64,000 nt of DNA from an uncultured Acidobacteriota bacterium (GCA_963827655.1 CAWHCF010000006.1:267022-331021); one strand, 5' to 3'. Positions 10,062 through 22,461 are shown, numbered from the stretch's first letter. The notes: a model not told the origin generated them from the sequence alone. Numbers and translations are program-made.

Positions 10062-11777
10062 TCAATTGCTGGTAGGCTTTTTCGCCTCGATCGCGGGTTC
10101 TTGCTCGGCCATCCGCTCCAACCCGACCAGCTTCCAGCCGTCATTCGTCCGGCGAAAGAATACACGTACGGGCTTCGACCAGGCTGCATGGGGGGAACCA
10201 TTACCCCGGACTTCAGCCAGAATGAAACTGCCTGGAGTCTTCGGCAAACCCGCCGGCGCGGTGATGCGGTCACCCGAACCCTGGGTTTCGCCCAGCGGGG
10301 CGGTCGCGCCCGTGTTGTTATCAAAGGTATGCCAGGAAGCCGCGGTTGAAGCCGCCGGTTGGGCCACACCCGCCTTCACTGCGGCGTTTTCGAAGCTCAG
10401 GACACCGGACGCGTCGAGGGAAAAATTCACCAGGGGATTGATGCGCGTCAAGTAAACCTGGCCGATCTTGTTGCGCCTCTGAATGAGCACATCCGCCAGA
10501 AGTTTCTCGGCCTCCGGGTCGGTGTACTGGCCGCTCTTGACCATAGCCCGAACCATCTCGTCGCTGATGGCCATCACGCGGCGCGCGGCCCAGAAGTTGT
10601 CGTCATCGCGCGCTCGCAGCATGGCGGCCATGGGCACGCGGCTCTTCCATTTCTCGGGGTCGAATACCTCGCCCTCGAACCGGCCGATGGCCGGGTGCTC
10701 CTTGTAGTCCACGGTCTGCCACGGCTGGAGATAGAATCCGAAACTCACCAGCCGCTTCAACGTCTTGTCCCCTTCATAGAGGTTCTCATACCCTTCGGTC
10801 CACTCGCGGGGAGCGTTGGCTCCCATTCCAAACGTGGAACCCACGTCCAGCAGGTAGTGCCGCACCCGCGCCTTTCCGTTTTCAGTGATGAGCGTGTCCA
10901 TGGTGTTGAGGGCTTTCAGGTCCACCAGGTTCGTCCAGGCGGCGAAGACCTTCAGGGCGCGCAGCTCGCGCCGGTGCTCATGCGGAACGATATCATTGGG
11001 GTCGTCGGGCCGGGTCCCGAAGTACTTGAATCCCCCGAGAATCTTACCGGGCAGAAGGCGGCTGGCAAGAACCCGGTAGGCCCCGTCCGGTTTGCGCGCG
11101 GCCCTGTCCAGCGCGGGTTCAATGTCCTTGAGCTTCATGGGGCGCTCTTTTCCGGAGACCGGGTCAAATTTTGCCTTCGGATCAACCTCCAGTTGCTCCC
11201 GGCGGAACTCGCTGATGTGGTATTCCGCCTGAAAATAGCCCAGCGTCCAGAAGATCCTCATGGCGATCACCGCGGAAGCCGAGGCGCCTTCCGGGTTGCT
11301 CTTGGGATCGAACGCCAGGAACCAGGTCTCCCCGGCGCTGTCACGAATCGTGAAACCAGGGGCGTCGCCCTCGGTCTTGGCGCGGATAATTGACCATTTA
11401 CCCGGGGCGGGTCCGTTGGTGGTGAGCGGACCGCGGACGGCTTCCTCAACGCTCACGGGCCGGGCAAGAATGCGATTGGTGAACCAGCTGGAATCGGGCA
11501 CTTCGTCGATGGTATTGATATTTTTCGCGCGCGGGCCCGCGGGTTCTCCCGGACTGCCGAACTGGTTCAGTAACAGGTCATAGAACAGGTCAATTTTCCA
11601 GGGAACCACCCGCGACGCATCCTGCGTTTCCGGTTCAACTGCAATGGGGTCGTCATCGTAGAACTTCGGCCCGGTGCTTGCCGACGCCACGAACGAGACC
11701 AGCAATAAAAGGGTCGCCAGGACCATCGGTCGCCAACCGTCGGCGCGTGGCCTTGAAGCTTGCATGTTTTCCTCCAT
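10062..11777 (-). CDS. Exported hypothetical protein with kinase-like motifs
   Basis: Signal peptide; PDSSWFTNR; AWTNLVDLKALN...YLLDVGSTFG resembles catalytic-loop and DFG motifs. Confidence 0.75.
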   Translation of the reverse strand: MEENMQASRPRADGWRPMVLATLLLLVSFVASASTGPKFYDDDPIAVEPETQDASRVVPWKIDLFYDLLLNQFGSPGEPAGPRAKNINTIDEVPDSSWFTNRILARPVSVEEAVRGPLTTNGPAPGKWSIIRAKTEGDAPGFTIRDSAGETWFLAFDPKSNPEGASASAVIAMRIFWTLGYFQAEYHISEFRREQLEVDPKAKFDPVSGKERPMKLKDIEPALDRAARKPDGAYRVLASRLLPGKILGGFKYFGTRPDDPNDIVPHEHRRELRALKVFAAWTNLVDLKALNTMDTLITENGKARVRHYLLDVGSTFGMGANAPREWTEGYENLYEGDKTLKRLVSFGFYLQPWQTVDYKEHPAIGRFEGEVFDPEKWKSRVPMAAMLRARDDDNFWAARRVMAISDEMVRAMVKSGQYTDPEAEKLLADVLIQRRNKIGQVYLTRINPLVNFSLDASGVLSFENAAVKAGVAQPAASTAASWHTFDNNTGATAPLGETQGSGDRITAPAGLPKTPGSFILAEVRGNGSPHAAWSKPVRVFFRRTNDGWKLVGLERMAEQEPAIEAKKPTSN

Positions 11778-11789
11778 CGTTCTTCGAAC

Positions 11790-13013
11790 CTAGAATATAG
11801 CGTCGCCCGCGAAGACTATCTGCCAGCCCTCATTGCCGATTGCAAACTCAAGGCGCAGCGGTGTGGAACGAAGGCCGTGGAAACGAGCGCCGATCCCCAC
11901 ATCGCTCTTCATCTCCTTGAAGTTCAAATCCTTGCGCCGGCTGGCCACCTTGCCGGCATCGTAGAATAACGCCATATCCAAAGCCACCGAAGGGGTCCAA
12001 CGGAATTCTGCAGTCAACAATAGACTGTGACGATCCCGGAACCGGTCGCTGGCAAAAGCTCTCAGGGTGCTGCCGCTGCCCAGCTGGGGCAGCAGGAAGT
12101 ATGGAATCAGGTCGTTGTCATTCAGCGTGGTTTCCACGCGGCCGCGCGCCGCCAGGATCCAGGTTTCGCGCAAGATCGGGAAATGCTGAATGAGGTCTCC
12201 ATCGAGCTTCTGAAAGCTGTAGGCCCCGTCCTGGTCGCTCTTATAGTCGTGGAAGGTGACCTGGTACAACCCGCCCCGCCGGGTGTAACCTGGCGACTGG
12301 CGCCAGTCAATCCCTGCCGACACTTGCGTGTGGAGATACTTGGGATCGACGCCCAGGCCCGGAACCGGGTCGGGGAAGTTTTCGATCGACGGATCTGCCC
12401 CTTCACCTTCTTTAGTGTCCCAGCGTTCGTAAGCTACGCTCCCCTTCAGCGGGATCCACCAGACCGGCCGGAAATCTACGTGCCCATCCGCGTAAGTCTC
12501 CTGAAAACGAAAATTGTGGCGGTCATCACTCGATGTCTTGATGCCAAGTCCGTAGTAAGCCACTTTAGTCGCGTCCCGCCAGCCCAGGCGGGTGCCGAAG
12601 GAGAGCCGCCTCCCCAGGTGGTCTCGGGATTCTACCGCCCCCTCCACCAGCTTGTAATTCTCGAAGGAGTACAACCCCTTCACATCCCAGAAGCTATTGT
12701 CTGCGAAGAACCGTCGATAGCCGGAACCCAGAGTAATTCCACCCCCGTGATACACCGACGAAAAGTAGGGAAAATATCCCGAGGGATTCAACAGGAGCAT
12801 CTGCTCAAACTTCTGAACCCACGCCTCGACCTTGTCCGGTCTGTGGGGCTGACTCTTCTTGAGCTTTTCTAGTTGCAGTGTCGCGAAAACGTCCTGTCGC
12901 GATTGCGGCGTTGGGGCCTGCTCCTGCGAGAGGCCTGCCCGTGAAAGGAAAGCCAGAGTGATCATTACAGCGATTGCCCTGTTCAAGCGTCTTGCCGATA
13001 TCACAATTCTCAT
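11790..13013 (-). CDS. Omp85/BamA-TamA family beta-barrel without POTRA domains
   Basis: LGSGSTLRAF..RFRD loop-6 motif, FYDAGKV, DVGIGARF, C-terminal Phe, signal peptide. Confidence 0.82.
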   Translation of the reverse strand: MRIVISARRLNRAIAVMITLAFLSRAGLSQEQAPTPQSRQDVFATLQLEKLKKSQPHRPDKVEAWVQKFEQMLLLNPSGYFPYFSSVYHGGGITLGSGYRRFFADNSFWDVKGLYSFENYKLVEGAVESRDHLGRRLSFGTRLGWRDATKVAYYGLGIKTSSDDRHNFRFQETYADGHVDFRPVWWIPLKGSVAYERWDTKEGEGADPSIENFPDPVPGLGVDPKYLHTQVSAGIDWRQSPGYTRRGGLYQVTFHDYKSDQDGAYSFQKLDGDLIQHFPILRETWILAARGRVETTLNDNDLIPYFLLPQLGSGSTLRAFASDRFRDRHSLLLTAEFRWTPSVALDMALFYDAGKVASRRKDLNFKEMKSDVGIGARFHGLRSTPLRLEFAIGNEGWQIVFAGDAIF

Positions 13014-13244
13014 CTCCGAGTCTCCGAACTTCGAACGGACTGCAACCGCAACTCGCTGATCGGGCTTTGAAAGGGCCGACACCAGAATCAACGAACCCAT
13101 TCCAGACGCTAACGCTCCATGCGCAATTATAAGAGAATAGGGCTTTGGCATAAGTCTTTCTTCGCGTTTGTGGCTGACTCTGTGCAGCCTTAGGGTTCTT
13201 CCCGTCTGGTGGTAGATTTGGTCTTTTTACGACGACGAGGACTC

Positions 13245-15022
13245 GTGACTCCGCAAATTGGATTGCTGCTGTTTATCATCGCCGCCGCGCTCGTGCTTTT
13301 TTCCCTGGAACGGGTCTCCGCCGATGTCATTGCGCTTGGGACACTTCTGGCACTTATCCTCACCGGCCTCGTTCCGGCCAACCAGGCTTTCGCAGGATTC
13401 GGCAGCGACGTGGTCATGATGATCCTCGGCCTGTTGATCCTGACCGCCGCGCTGCTCCGCACCGGTGTGGTTGAAATGTCGGGGAGAGCGCTGCTTCGAC
13501 TGACCGGCGAAGACTCTCACCGCGTACTTGTGGTCATTACTGTTGCCGTGGCATTGCTTTCGGCCTTCATCAGCAACACGGCCGCCACCGCTTTTTTTCT
13601 GCCGATCACGGTGGGAATCGCCGCGCGCGCTCGAGTCAGCCTGTCGAAGCTTCTCATGCCTCTTGCGTTTTCCTCCATCGTCACCAGTTCGGTGACCCTG
13701 GTAAGCACCTCAACCAACATTGTCATTAGTGGACTGATGACGCGCTACCAGATGGCCCCTATGGGGATGTTCGAGCTGTCCCCCGTAGGAGTGCCGATTG
13801 CCGTGGTTGGCCTGGTATACATGCTTTTCGTTGGCCGCCGCCTGATCCCGGACCGCGGCAACCCAAAGGATCTGGTCGAGGAGTTCGGGCTCACCCAGTA
13901 TCTATCGGAGGTCTTGATTCTTCCCGACTCCAAGCTGATCGGAAAGACGCTGGCTGAATCCGGACTGGGCCGAGACCTCGATCTGACTGTTCTTCGGATT
14001 GTCCGTGGGAAGAGCCATATTGCGGCCGCGCGCTCACATCCGACTGGCAGCCGGAGATGTGCTGCTGGTCGAAGGACAGCGAGAGGGGATTCTCAAAATC
14101 AAAGACACCTCGGGGATCGATATCAAAGCCGATGCCAAGCTGTCAGACCCGAGATGTCGAGGATGAGGACCTCCGGCTCGTCGAGGTCATCCTGCTCCCC
14201 GGGTCGCGCCTGATCGGGCGAACTCTGAAAGGCTACCGTTTTCGAGAGCGCTACGGGCTGCAGGTTCTGGCGATCAACCGGCACCGTGAGACAATCCACG
14301 ACAAGATGAGCGAGGTGCGGTTAAGGATGGGCGACGTACTGCTGGTGCAGGGTCGCCGCTCGAACATCGCCGCACTGGCAGACGACAATGCCTTTCGCAT
14401 TCTGGGTCCGGTGGAGGAAAAGCGTCCCAACATCCAGCGCGCCCGGATTGCGGTCGCGATCTTTGCGGGAGCCCTGGCGGCGGCGACTTTCAATCTCCTC
14501 GATCTTCCCGTAGCGGTTTTGCTGGGAGCGGTGATCGCGTTCCTGACCGGCTGCATCACCCCCGAGGAGGCGTATCGGGAGGTCGAGTGGAAGGCGTTGA
14601 TTCTGATCGGGAGCATGCTCGGGGTCGGGAGCGCGATGGATCACACTGGAACGGCCACGTATCTCGCGTCACAGATCGTGACCCTGGTCGGACAAGCCGA
14701 CCCCCTGTGGATGCTGACCGGCTTTTTCGTGTTTACGGTTTTGCTCACTCAGCCGATGTCGAACCAGGCTGCCGCCGTCGTGGTCCTTCCGGTCGCCATC
14801 CAGACGGCGATGCAACTGGGCTTGAATCCGCGGACGTTCGCCATGATGATTGCGGTCGCGGCCAGTTGTTCCTATCTCACGCCGCTGGAGCCATCTTGTC
14901 TCATGGTCTACGGCCCGGGGCGATACCGCTTCGTAGATTTTCTGAAAGTGGGCAGCCTCCTGACCGTTCTTATTTATATCGTGGCGATCGTTCTCGTGCC
15001 TCTGGTTTGGCCGTTGCGATAG
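13245..15022 (+). CDS. SLC13 family permease with TrkA-C domains (frameshifts near 14020 and 14150)
   Basis: SAFISNTAA, TLVSTSTNI, QPMSNQAAA, ASCSYLTP..MVYGPGRYRFVDF. Confidence 0.9.
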
Positions 15023-15058
15023 GGCGGCTTGCGCGCCTCGCGTCGTCTGGTTGACGTT

Positions 15059-15817
15059 TCATGGCCGCGAAACTGCCCACCGTTCGATGGCGTCGTAGAG
15101 TACTTTTTCATCAAGGATCGGCTTGGCAATGTAATCGTTGAACCCGGCGGCGAGGTACTTTTCGCGATCACCCGACACGACGTGCGCCGTCAGGGCGATA
15201 ACCGGGATTTCTCGAAGGTCGGCCTCGGCGCGAATCTTCTCGAGGATTTCCAGTCCGTCCATCCCTGGCAGCGAAATATCCAGCAGAATCACGTCTGGCC
15301 TGTCCTTTCGAATGCCCTCGAGGGCTTCCTGCCCCGTGCTGTAATCGGTGACGTGATAGAGATGCCCGAGAATGGCCCGCAAGAGCTCGCGATTGTCAGG
15401 GTTGTCCTCTATCACAACAACCTTCTTCATTCGGCTGTATCCTTTCTCTTTCTTGAGCTGCGCTGCCGCTTGCTGCAATGCGCGTTCGAGTTCCGGGAAG
15501 AGAAGCCGGACCTCGGAATCCTTGTTCTCGATTGCAAGGCGCTCCAGCCTTCCGGCAAGTTCGAAAAGAATTCTCGCTCCCACGTTCCCTGCGCTCGACC
15601 GGAGCGAATGAACCGCACGCCCGAAGTTCTGAAGGTCGTCCTGCTTCAGGCATTCGCGCGCTTCTTCTACTTTTGCGGACGTATGCGAACAGAATAGCTC
15701 GATCATCCTGTGCACCAGGGAATCTCCGCCAAGCTTTCGTAACCGCTCCAGCGCCGTAGAATCCACTACAGGCATTTCTGAGTCGTCCATTGTCCTGAAC
15801 GCGGAAATCTGCGCCAT
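15059..15817 (-). CDS. Hpt domain fused in frame to a receiver domain
   Basis: Hpt AVHSLRSSAGNVGA; REC VIEDN..ILLDISLPGMDG..ALTAH..AKP. Confidence 0.88.
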   Translation of the reverse strand: MAQISAFRTMDDSEMPVVDSTALERLRKLGGDSLVHRMIELFCSHTSAKVEEARECLKQDDLQNFGRAVHSLRSSAGNVGARILFELAGRLERLAIENKDSEVRLLFPELERALQQAAAQLKKEKGYSRMKKVVVIEDNPDNRELLRAILGHLYHVTDYSTGQEALEGIRKDRPDVILLDISLPGMDGLEILEKIRAEADLREIPVIALTAHVVSGDREKYLAAGFNDYIAKPILDEKVLYDAIERWAVSRP

Positions 15818-15862
15818 TCCTGGCGCAGTCGCGCTGTCGATCCGTGACGGATTCCGACCGAT

Positions 15863-16465
15863 CTACTCCTGTTTAGAAAGAAACGCCGTGACATAGCAAA
15901 GAAGCAACACCTGGAAGAGCCGGCCGAGCAGGATCGCCCTGAGCTCGCTGGGATTGTCCTCCTCAAGAACCGGAGCCAGCAAAGCGTCGACCAGAGCCGT
16001 CCGGGTTTCGTCAGCCAATTCGGGACGATTGGCGGCCGAAAGCCGCCACAGATGACTGCGAACGCGCCATGCTGACTGCCGGTGCATCGAGTCGAGGTCA
16101 CGATTGTACGCCTTTACGTATTGTCGGCTCGCCAGCACCATCAGCGTTTCGCTCAAGCCTCCGATCACCAGTCGCCGCATGAGATGTTTGCCGGCATCAA
16201 AAATGTTGTCGAGAACCACGCCGCCCACAGCTCCAATATCCAGCTTCGAAGCCAGCTCCGCGAAGGCGTGCGCATCGAGCTTCCCCTGAAGTTCCACGAT
16301 ATAGTCGTAGAAATCATCCAGGACTGCCGAGCGCCGAACTGATTTTGACCCGCTGCGTCCTGCGTCGGCTCCCTTCTCGACCGAAAGCAGCGCCGCCTGC
16401 AAGTTCAGCAGATTGCCGGCGGCGGGCGCCGCCAGGACTTGCCGCAGCAGCATGACTGTGTCCAT
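15863..16465 (-). CDS. Hypothetical alpha-helical protein
   Basis: About 200-aa ORF with protein-like composition, co-oriented with Hpt-REC. Confidence 0.65.
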   Translation of the reverse strand: MDTVMLLRQVLAAPAAGNLLNLQAALLSVEKGADAGRSGSKSVRRSAVLDDFYDYIVELQGKLDAHAFAELASKLDIGAVGGVVLDNIFDAGKHLMRRLVIGGLSETLMVLASRQYVKAYNRDLDSMHRQSAWRVRSHLWRLSAANRPELADETRTALVDALLAPVLEEDNPSELRAILLGRLFQVLLLCYVTAFLSKQE

Positions 16466-16751
16466 GGATGAATCCTGGCCCAAACACAACAGACAGGCAA
16501 AGAAACCGAGATGCAACGATAAGAAAAATGTTGGCGAGTTTCAACACCTGGTTACCGATTGCCTGGAGTCGTCGTGCCTTTGTCGTTGCGCTGGTCGAAT
16601 AAATACCGCCAGGACACCAAGACACACTCCAACCGAGAAAACGGTTGAACGAAACCAGCCCATCACTTACTCTCTAAATCAGCAACGCCGGCCGGGCAGG
16701 CGTCCCCTCCGATTATTCAACCGGTTCCTCCCGCTATGATGCTCAGGCACA

Positions 16752-16806
16752 ATGGCTGTTCGCGACATCATCGTCATCGGAGCTTCCGCCGGCGGTCTCC
16801 AGGCTA
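16752..16806 (+). pseudogene. CheB N-terminal remnant
   Basis: MAVRDIIVIGASAGGLQA, after which similarity stops. Confidence 0.65.
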
Positions 16807-17067
16807 AAATCGGTTACGCCGCAGGCAAATCTGAGATCCAACACTCCGCGCCCCCTGCGGGACGGAGGAAATCTGCGCGCAGCAATTGACGCTCTGCCAG
16901 GGGAATTTTGATTTTTTCGAATGTCAACCTCGAATGTGGCTCGGCCGAAGAAACGCCGTTGTTCTTTCTTCGATACTCTCGTAGAGTACCTTCATTCCGA
17001 CGCTACGGGCGACTCGTCGACGCGTTCTCAATAAGCTGCGTCTGAACTCACGGGGTGGAGGGCCCCC

Positions 17068-20000
17068 ATGGTCAGAAAAAAGAAGAAGACTTCGTCCCGC
17101 AAGTCGCCCTCCGCTAGAAGTCGAAAGGTCCAACCGTTGGCGCCTATACCTCGCGCGCGCGCCAGCTCTCCCCGTGAGCTGAGTCACCGTATCGCCGACG
17201 CCGAACCTCCGACAATTGTGGGAATCGGCGCCTCGGCCGGTGGACTCGAAGCGTTCACTCAGCTCCTGCATGCCCTCCAGGAACGCTACTGGCATGGCGA
17301 TCGTGCTCGTTCAGCATCTGGCCGCAAAGCATGAGAGCATTCTTCCTCATCTTCTTGGGGGCACGACGCGACTCCCCGTGGTTCAGGTCAGCAATGGCAT
17401 GCTTCTGGAGCCGGATCACGTTTACGTCATCCCGCCTAATGCGTATATGGGGATCCAGGAAGGCAAGCTGCACCTGATCCCGCGGCCCGGTGACCAGAGG
17501 CAGTTCATGCCGGTCGACTTCTTTCTCCGCTCGCTGGCCCAGTACGCGCAAAACCGCGCGATTGGAGTTATCCTTTCCGGAACGGCCTCGGACGGCGCCA
17601 TCGGGCTGCGCGAGATTAAAGCGGTGGGAGGAATCACGGTCGCACAACAGCCCGAGAGCGCAAAGTACGACGGGATGCCGCGCGCGGCCATCGCCACCGG
17701 GATCGTGGACCTGGTCCTCTCTCCGCAGGAGATCGCGGCGGAGCTTGTGCGCATCAGCCGCCACCCCTACATAAAGCATGCAATACCGCGCCGGCCCGGC
17801 GACACCATCCCCGTCGTCGACGCGCAGCTCTTTCGAATCTTTGCGCTCCTCCGCAATTCTAGCGGTGTCGACTTCACCCAGTACAAGCAGCCGACGATCA
17901 AACGCCGCCTTCAGCGCCGCATGGTTCTCCACAAGGTCGCCAGTATCGACCAGTACATCAAACTGCTCGAGCAAAACCCCGACGAGGTAAAGAACCTCTA
18001 TCACGACATTCTGATTCACGTAACCCAGTTCTTCCGGGAACCGGAATCTTTCGAGTTACTGATCCGGAAAGTATTCCCGAAGATCATGGAAGCCCGCAAT
18101 GGAGAGAGCCCCATCCGAATGTGGGTGCCTGGCTGCGCGACCGGTGAGGAGGCCTATTCGCTTGCTATGGCCATGCTGGAGTTCTTTGAGGACGAGGCAG
18201 GTCACATTCCGATCCAGGTTTTTGCGACCGACGTCAGCGAATCGGCCATCGAGTTTGCCCGTGCCGGTGTTTATCCGGAGAACATCACCGCCGACGTCTC
18301 GCCCGAGCGGCTGCGGCGCTTCTTCAACGGGACCGATGGAAAGTACCGGATACTCAAGCGGGTTCGCGACATGTGCATCTTCGCCCGGCAGGACTTGACG
18401 CGTGATCCTCCTTTTTCGAAGCTTGACCTGATCCTGTGCCGGAATGTCCTGATCTACCTCGGCGCGCAGCTACAGAGAAGGCTGATTACGATATTTCATT
18501 ACGCTCTCAAGCCGACCGGTTTCCTGATGCTGGCGGCGGCCGAGACCATCGGCCCGTACGCCGACCTCTTCAGCGCTTTTGATCGGAAGCACAGGATCTA
18601 CAAAAAGAAAGAAGCCAGCCCCGGCAGCCCAGGTGCGCTTCTCGGCTGCGCCATCCGCCGTCTATCCTGTCGCAGCCCGAAAGATGGCACTCGAGGGACG
18701 CACCCGCGTCGCGATCCAGGAAGAAGCTGACAGGATCCTGCTCGCGAGGTTCGCCCCGGCCGGGGTAATCGTCGACGACGATTCACAAATCATCGAGTTT
18801 CGCGGGCAAACCGGGCACTTTCTCGAGCCCGCGGCCGGCGATGCAAGCCTGAATCTTTTGAAGATGGCGCGCGAAGGCTTGCTCTACGGGCTGCGCACCG
18901 CGCTGCATGATGCGCGCAAGCGAGGAGGTCCGGTACGCAAGTCGGGACTCAAGGTCAAAGTCGATGGTCACTGGCGCGATGTGAACCTCGACGTGATCCC
19001 GCTGCTCAAGGCGGGTGATTCGCCCCACTTCCTCGTTCTTTTTCAGGAAGCGACGGCTTCGACTGACACCAAGGCTTCGCCGGCTCAGCGGCAAAAAACA
19101 GAACCAGCACCGGGCAAACGCCACAAGGGCTCCAGGATCGCTGAACTTGAAAAGGAGTTGGCCGCCAGCCGCGAATATTTGCAATCGATCATCCAGGATC
19201 TGGAAGCGGCCAACGAAGAGCTGCAGTCCGCCAACGAGGAGATTCTGTCCAGTAACGAGGAGCTGCAAAGCACAAACGAGGAACTGGATACGGCCAAGGA
19301 AGAACTGCAATCTACCAACGAGGAACTCAACACTCTGAACGAAGAGCTGCATGGTCGTAACGAAGAGCTGGGCCTGGCCAACAGTGACCTGGTGAATCTG
19401 CTGGCGAATGTCCATATCGCAATCGTGATGGTGTCGAACGATCTGAAGATTCGCCGCTTTACTCCAATGGCAGAAAAGGTTTTGAACCTGATCCCCAGCG
19501 ATATCGGTCGTCCCATCAGTCACATCAAGCCTAACATTCACTGCCCCGACCTCGAGCGGTCGATCGCCCAAGTGATCGACACGGTTACCGTGACCGAGCG
19601 TGAAGTTCAGGACTCACAAGGAAACTCGTTTTCGCTCCGGATCCGTCCCTACAAGAGCACTGAAAATCGCATCGAAGGCGCCGTTCTTGCGTTGTTCGAC
19701 GTTGACGCCGCCAAGCGCTACGAGACCGAGCTCCGAAACGCGCGAGAACATGCCGAAGCCATCCTTGACGCTGTGCGCAAGCCTTTCCTTGTATTGGACC
19801 GGGACCTGCGGGTGAAGGAAGCCAACGAGGCCTTCTGCAAATTATTCGACGTAACGCCGCAAGAGACTGCCGACCGCTTCATCGATGAGGTCGGTAACGG
19901 CAAGTGGAATGTTGTACGACTTCACGAGCTGCTCCAGGAAGTGCTCGAAAAAGGTTCTGATTTTGAAGGCATTGAGTTAGATCATAGTCTTTCAGCTCTC

Positions 20001-20102
20001 GGTCGGCGGAGAATACTCGTGGATGCCCGGCGAATACGGGGTGAGAGTGATGGGCGACCATTGATCTTGCTGGCCATGGCGGCTGGTGGCGCACCCCGAT
20101 GA
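17068..20102 (+). CDS. CheB methylesterase-CheR methyltransferase-PAS fusion (frameshifts near 17280 and 18620)
   Basis: GIGASAGG, VQHL, LSGTASDG; GCATGEEAYS, CRNVLIY; NEELQS heptad repeats; PAS domains. Confidence 0.92.
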
Positions 20103-20125
20103 GCTCCGCCTGAGGTTTTTGCAGA

Positions 20126-22461
20126 ATGCCAAAAGATTATGGGCAGATGACCAAGCCCGAACTTATTGCTGAGATTCTCAGGCTCGAAGAGGAAGCCTCG
20201 AGGTTCGAGAGCACCAAACATGAACTCGACGTTCACCGCGAGGAGCTGCGGGCTCAGACCGAGGCGCTTATCGAATCGCAAAGGCTTCTGGAACAATCGC
20301 GCGACCGCTACGCCGACCTGTACGATTTCGCCCCCTTGCCGTACGTAACGATCAGCAGCGCCGGGCTCATCGAGGAGATCAATCTGACCGGGGCCACGTT
20401 ACTCGGAATCGAACGGCCCCGGATTCTGGATACGCCGTTCCTGTCGTATGTTGCGCCGTCAGCAAAGGTCGGTCTGGCTGAACCACATGACTCTCTGCCG
20501 GGCGGGCGGCTCCAGCGTGGTTACGTCGCTCAGCCTCACGACGCGGCAGGGATCGACCATCCCGGTGCAGCTCGTCAGCGCGCCCTTCGAGCGCAGCGAA
20601 GGGGGTTTCTCTTACCGCACGGCGATTACCGACCTGACCGAGAGGGAACATGCCGAGGAAGAGATTCGACGCCTCAACGCCGAGCTCGAAGACAGGGTGC
20701 AGCAGCGCACCGGGGAGCTCCAGGACGCCATCGAGCGGCTGCGCGAAGAGGTCGCCCAGCGAATCGCCGCCGAGGATCAGCTCAAGGAGTATGCCGCAGG
20801 CCCTCGAATCGGCAAACCAGGCGCTGCAGCAGGCCTCGCGAGGCAGCTCGGCTGGCCGACCGCGACAAGCTCGAGTGCGAACGCGTCGCACGCTCGGAGG
20901 CTGAGAAAGCCAACCAGATGAAGGACGAGTTCCTCGCGATTCTGTCGCACGAACTGCGCACTCCGCTGAATGCCATGCTGGGGTGGACGCAGCTGATCCG
21001 GAAAGGACGCCTGGGACCGGAGGAGACGCAACGCGCGATCGAAATCATCGAGCGCAATGCTCGAGTCCAGGAGCAGCTGGTTAGCGATCTGCTCGACATG
21101 TCCCGGATCATCTCAGGAAAGTTTCGTCTGGAACTGGAGGGGATTGAGCTACGCCCCGTGGTAGAGTCCGCTCTTGATACCGTGCGCCCGGCGGCTGCCG
21201 CCAAAGGGGTGCGGCTGGAAGCCGCGATCGAGCTGCGGTGCGGAGAGATCCTGGCGGATCCCAATCGGCTGCAGCAGGTCGTGTGGAATCTGATTTCAAA
21301 CGCGATCAAGTTCACTCCCACAGGTGGGCGGGTCAATCTGAGGGCACGTCGCGTGAACTCCGACATCGAAATCACGGTCCAGGACACCGGCATCGGGATC
21401 AAGCCGGAGTTTCTTCCTCATGTATTTGATCGTTTTCGCCAGGCTGACGCCTCTTTAAGGCGTCACGAGGGAGGGCTCGGTCTTGGACTCGCCATCGTGC
21501 GCCATCTGGTCGAGGCGCATGGAGGAGCTGTGCGTGCCGACAGCCCGGGAGAAGGCAAAGGGGCCTCCTTCACCGTGATGTTGCCCGCCAGGCCGGCAAT
21601 TCCCGGCGAATCCAAGGCTCTGTCGTCCGCTCACACGGCCGCAGCCAATCCTCACACCGGATCTGCTGCGAGTCCGGGGGCTCAGGATTCTGGTCGTCGA
21701 TGATGATCCGGACGCGCTCACGCTCATCCAGCGACAGCTGGAAGGCTTGCAGGCGGTTGTCTGCCTGGCCGGGTCAGCTCAGGAAGCCGTTCGCGAGTTC
21801 ACTACGTTTCGACCGGACCTGCTGGTGTGCGACATTGGGATGCCCGGGACAGGACGGGTATGAACTCATACGGGAGATCCGAGCCCTTGAACGGGACCGC
21901 CACAAGACCCCCGCTATCGCACTAACGGCATTCGCCCGCCCTGAGGATCGGGACCGGGCAATGGAGGCGGGCTTCCAGCTTCACCTCAGCAAACCGGTCG
22001 ATTCAGACACCCTCGCGCAAGCCGTCGCTAGCATGGCGCAACGCGCCATTCCCGCCCGTCTGTCAAGGAGTCCGCGCGAGAGAGGAGGAAATACTCTCCG
22101 CCTCCTCCTAGTTGAGGACAATGAGGACACCGCGCTCTACATAGGCACCGCCCTCGAGCAGCAAGGGCACGAAGTAACGGTGGCCCGCGACGGCCCCTCA
22201 GCCCTCGAGATCGCCGTTGCCATTCGACCGCACGCCGTGCTTCTCGACATCGGCCTGCCGGGGATGGACGGCTATGAGGTCGCCCGCCGCCTGCGGCAAA
22301 CGAAAGGGCTTGAGAATACTCTTGTCGCAGCCGTAACAGGTTACACGGTAGATCCCGCGAGCAAGGGCGCCGGCCTTTTTGATTACTACGTCAACAAGCC
22401 GATCTCGCCCGAGAAACTATACGCGCTCATCGATGATTTGCGCCTCCGCGCATCGCGTTAG
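20126..22461 (+). CDS. PAS hybrid histidine kinase with two receiver domains (several frameshifts)
   Basis: LSHELRTPL H-box, NLISNAIKFT, DTGIGI, GLGLGL; REC domains in the downstream frames. Confidence 0.88.

Noticed and set aside
19200-19380. 21-bp periodic repeats (aacgaggagctg...) as a CRISPR or DNA repeat array
   Set aside because: They encode the NEELQS heptads of the CheBR coiled coil; there are no spacers and no cas genes
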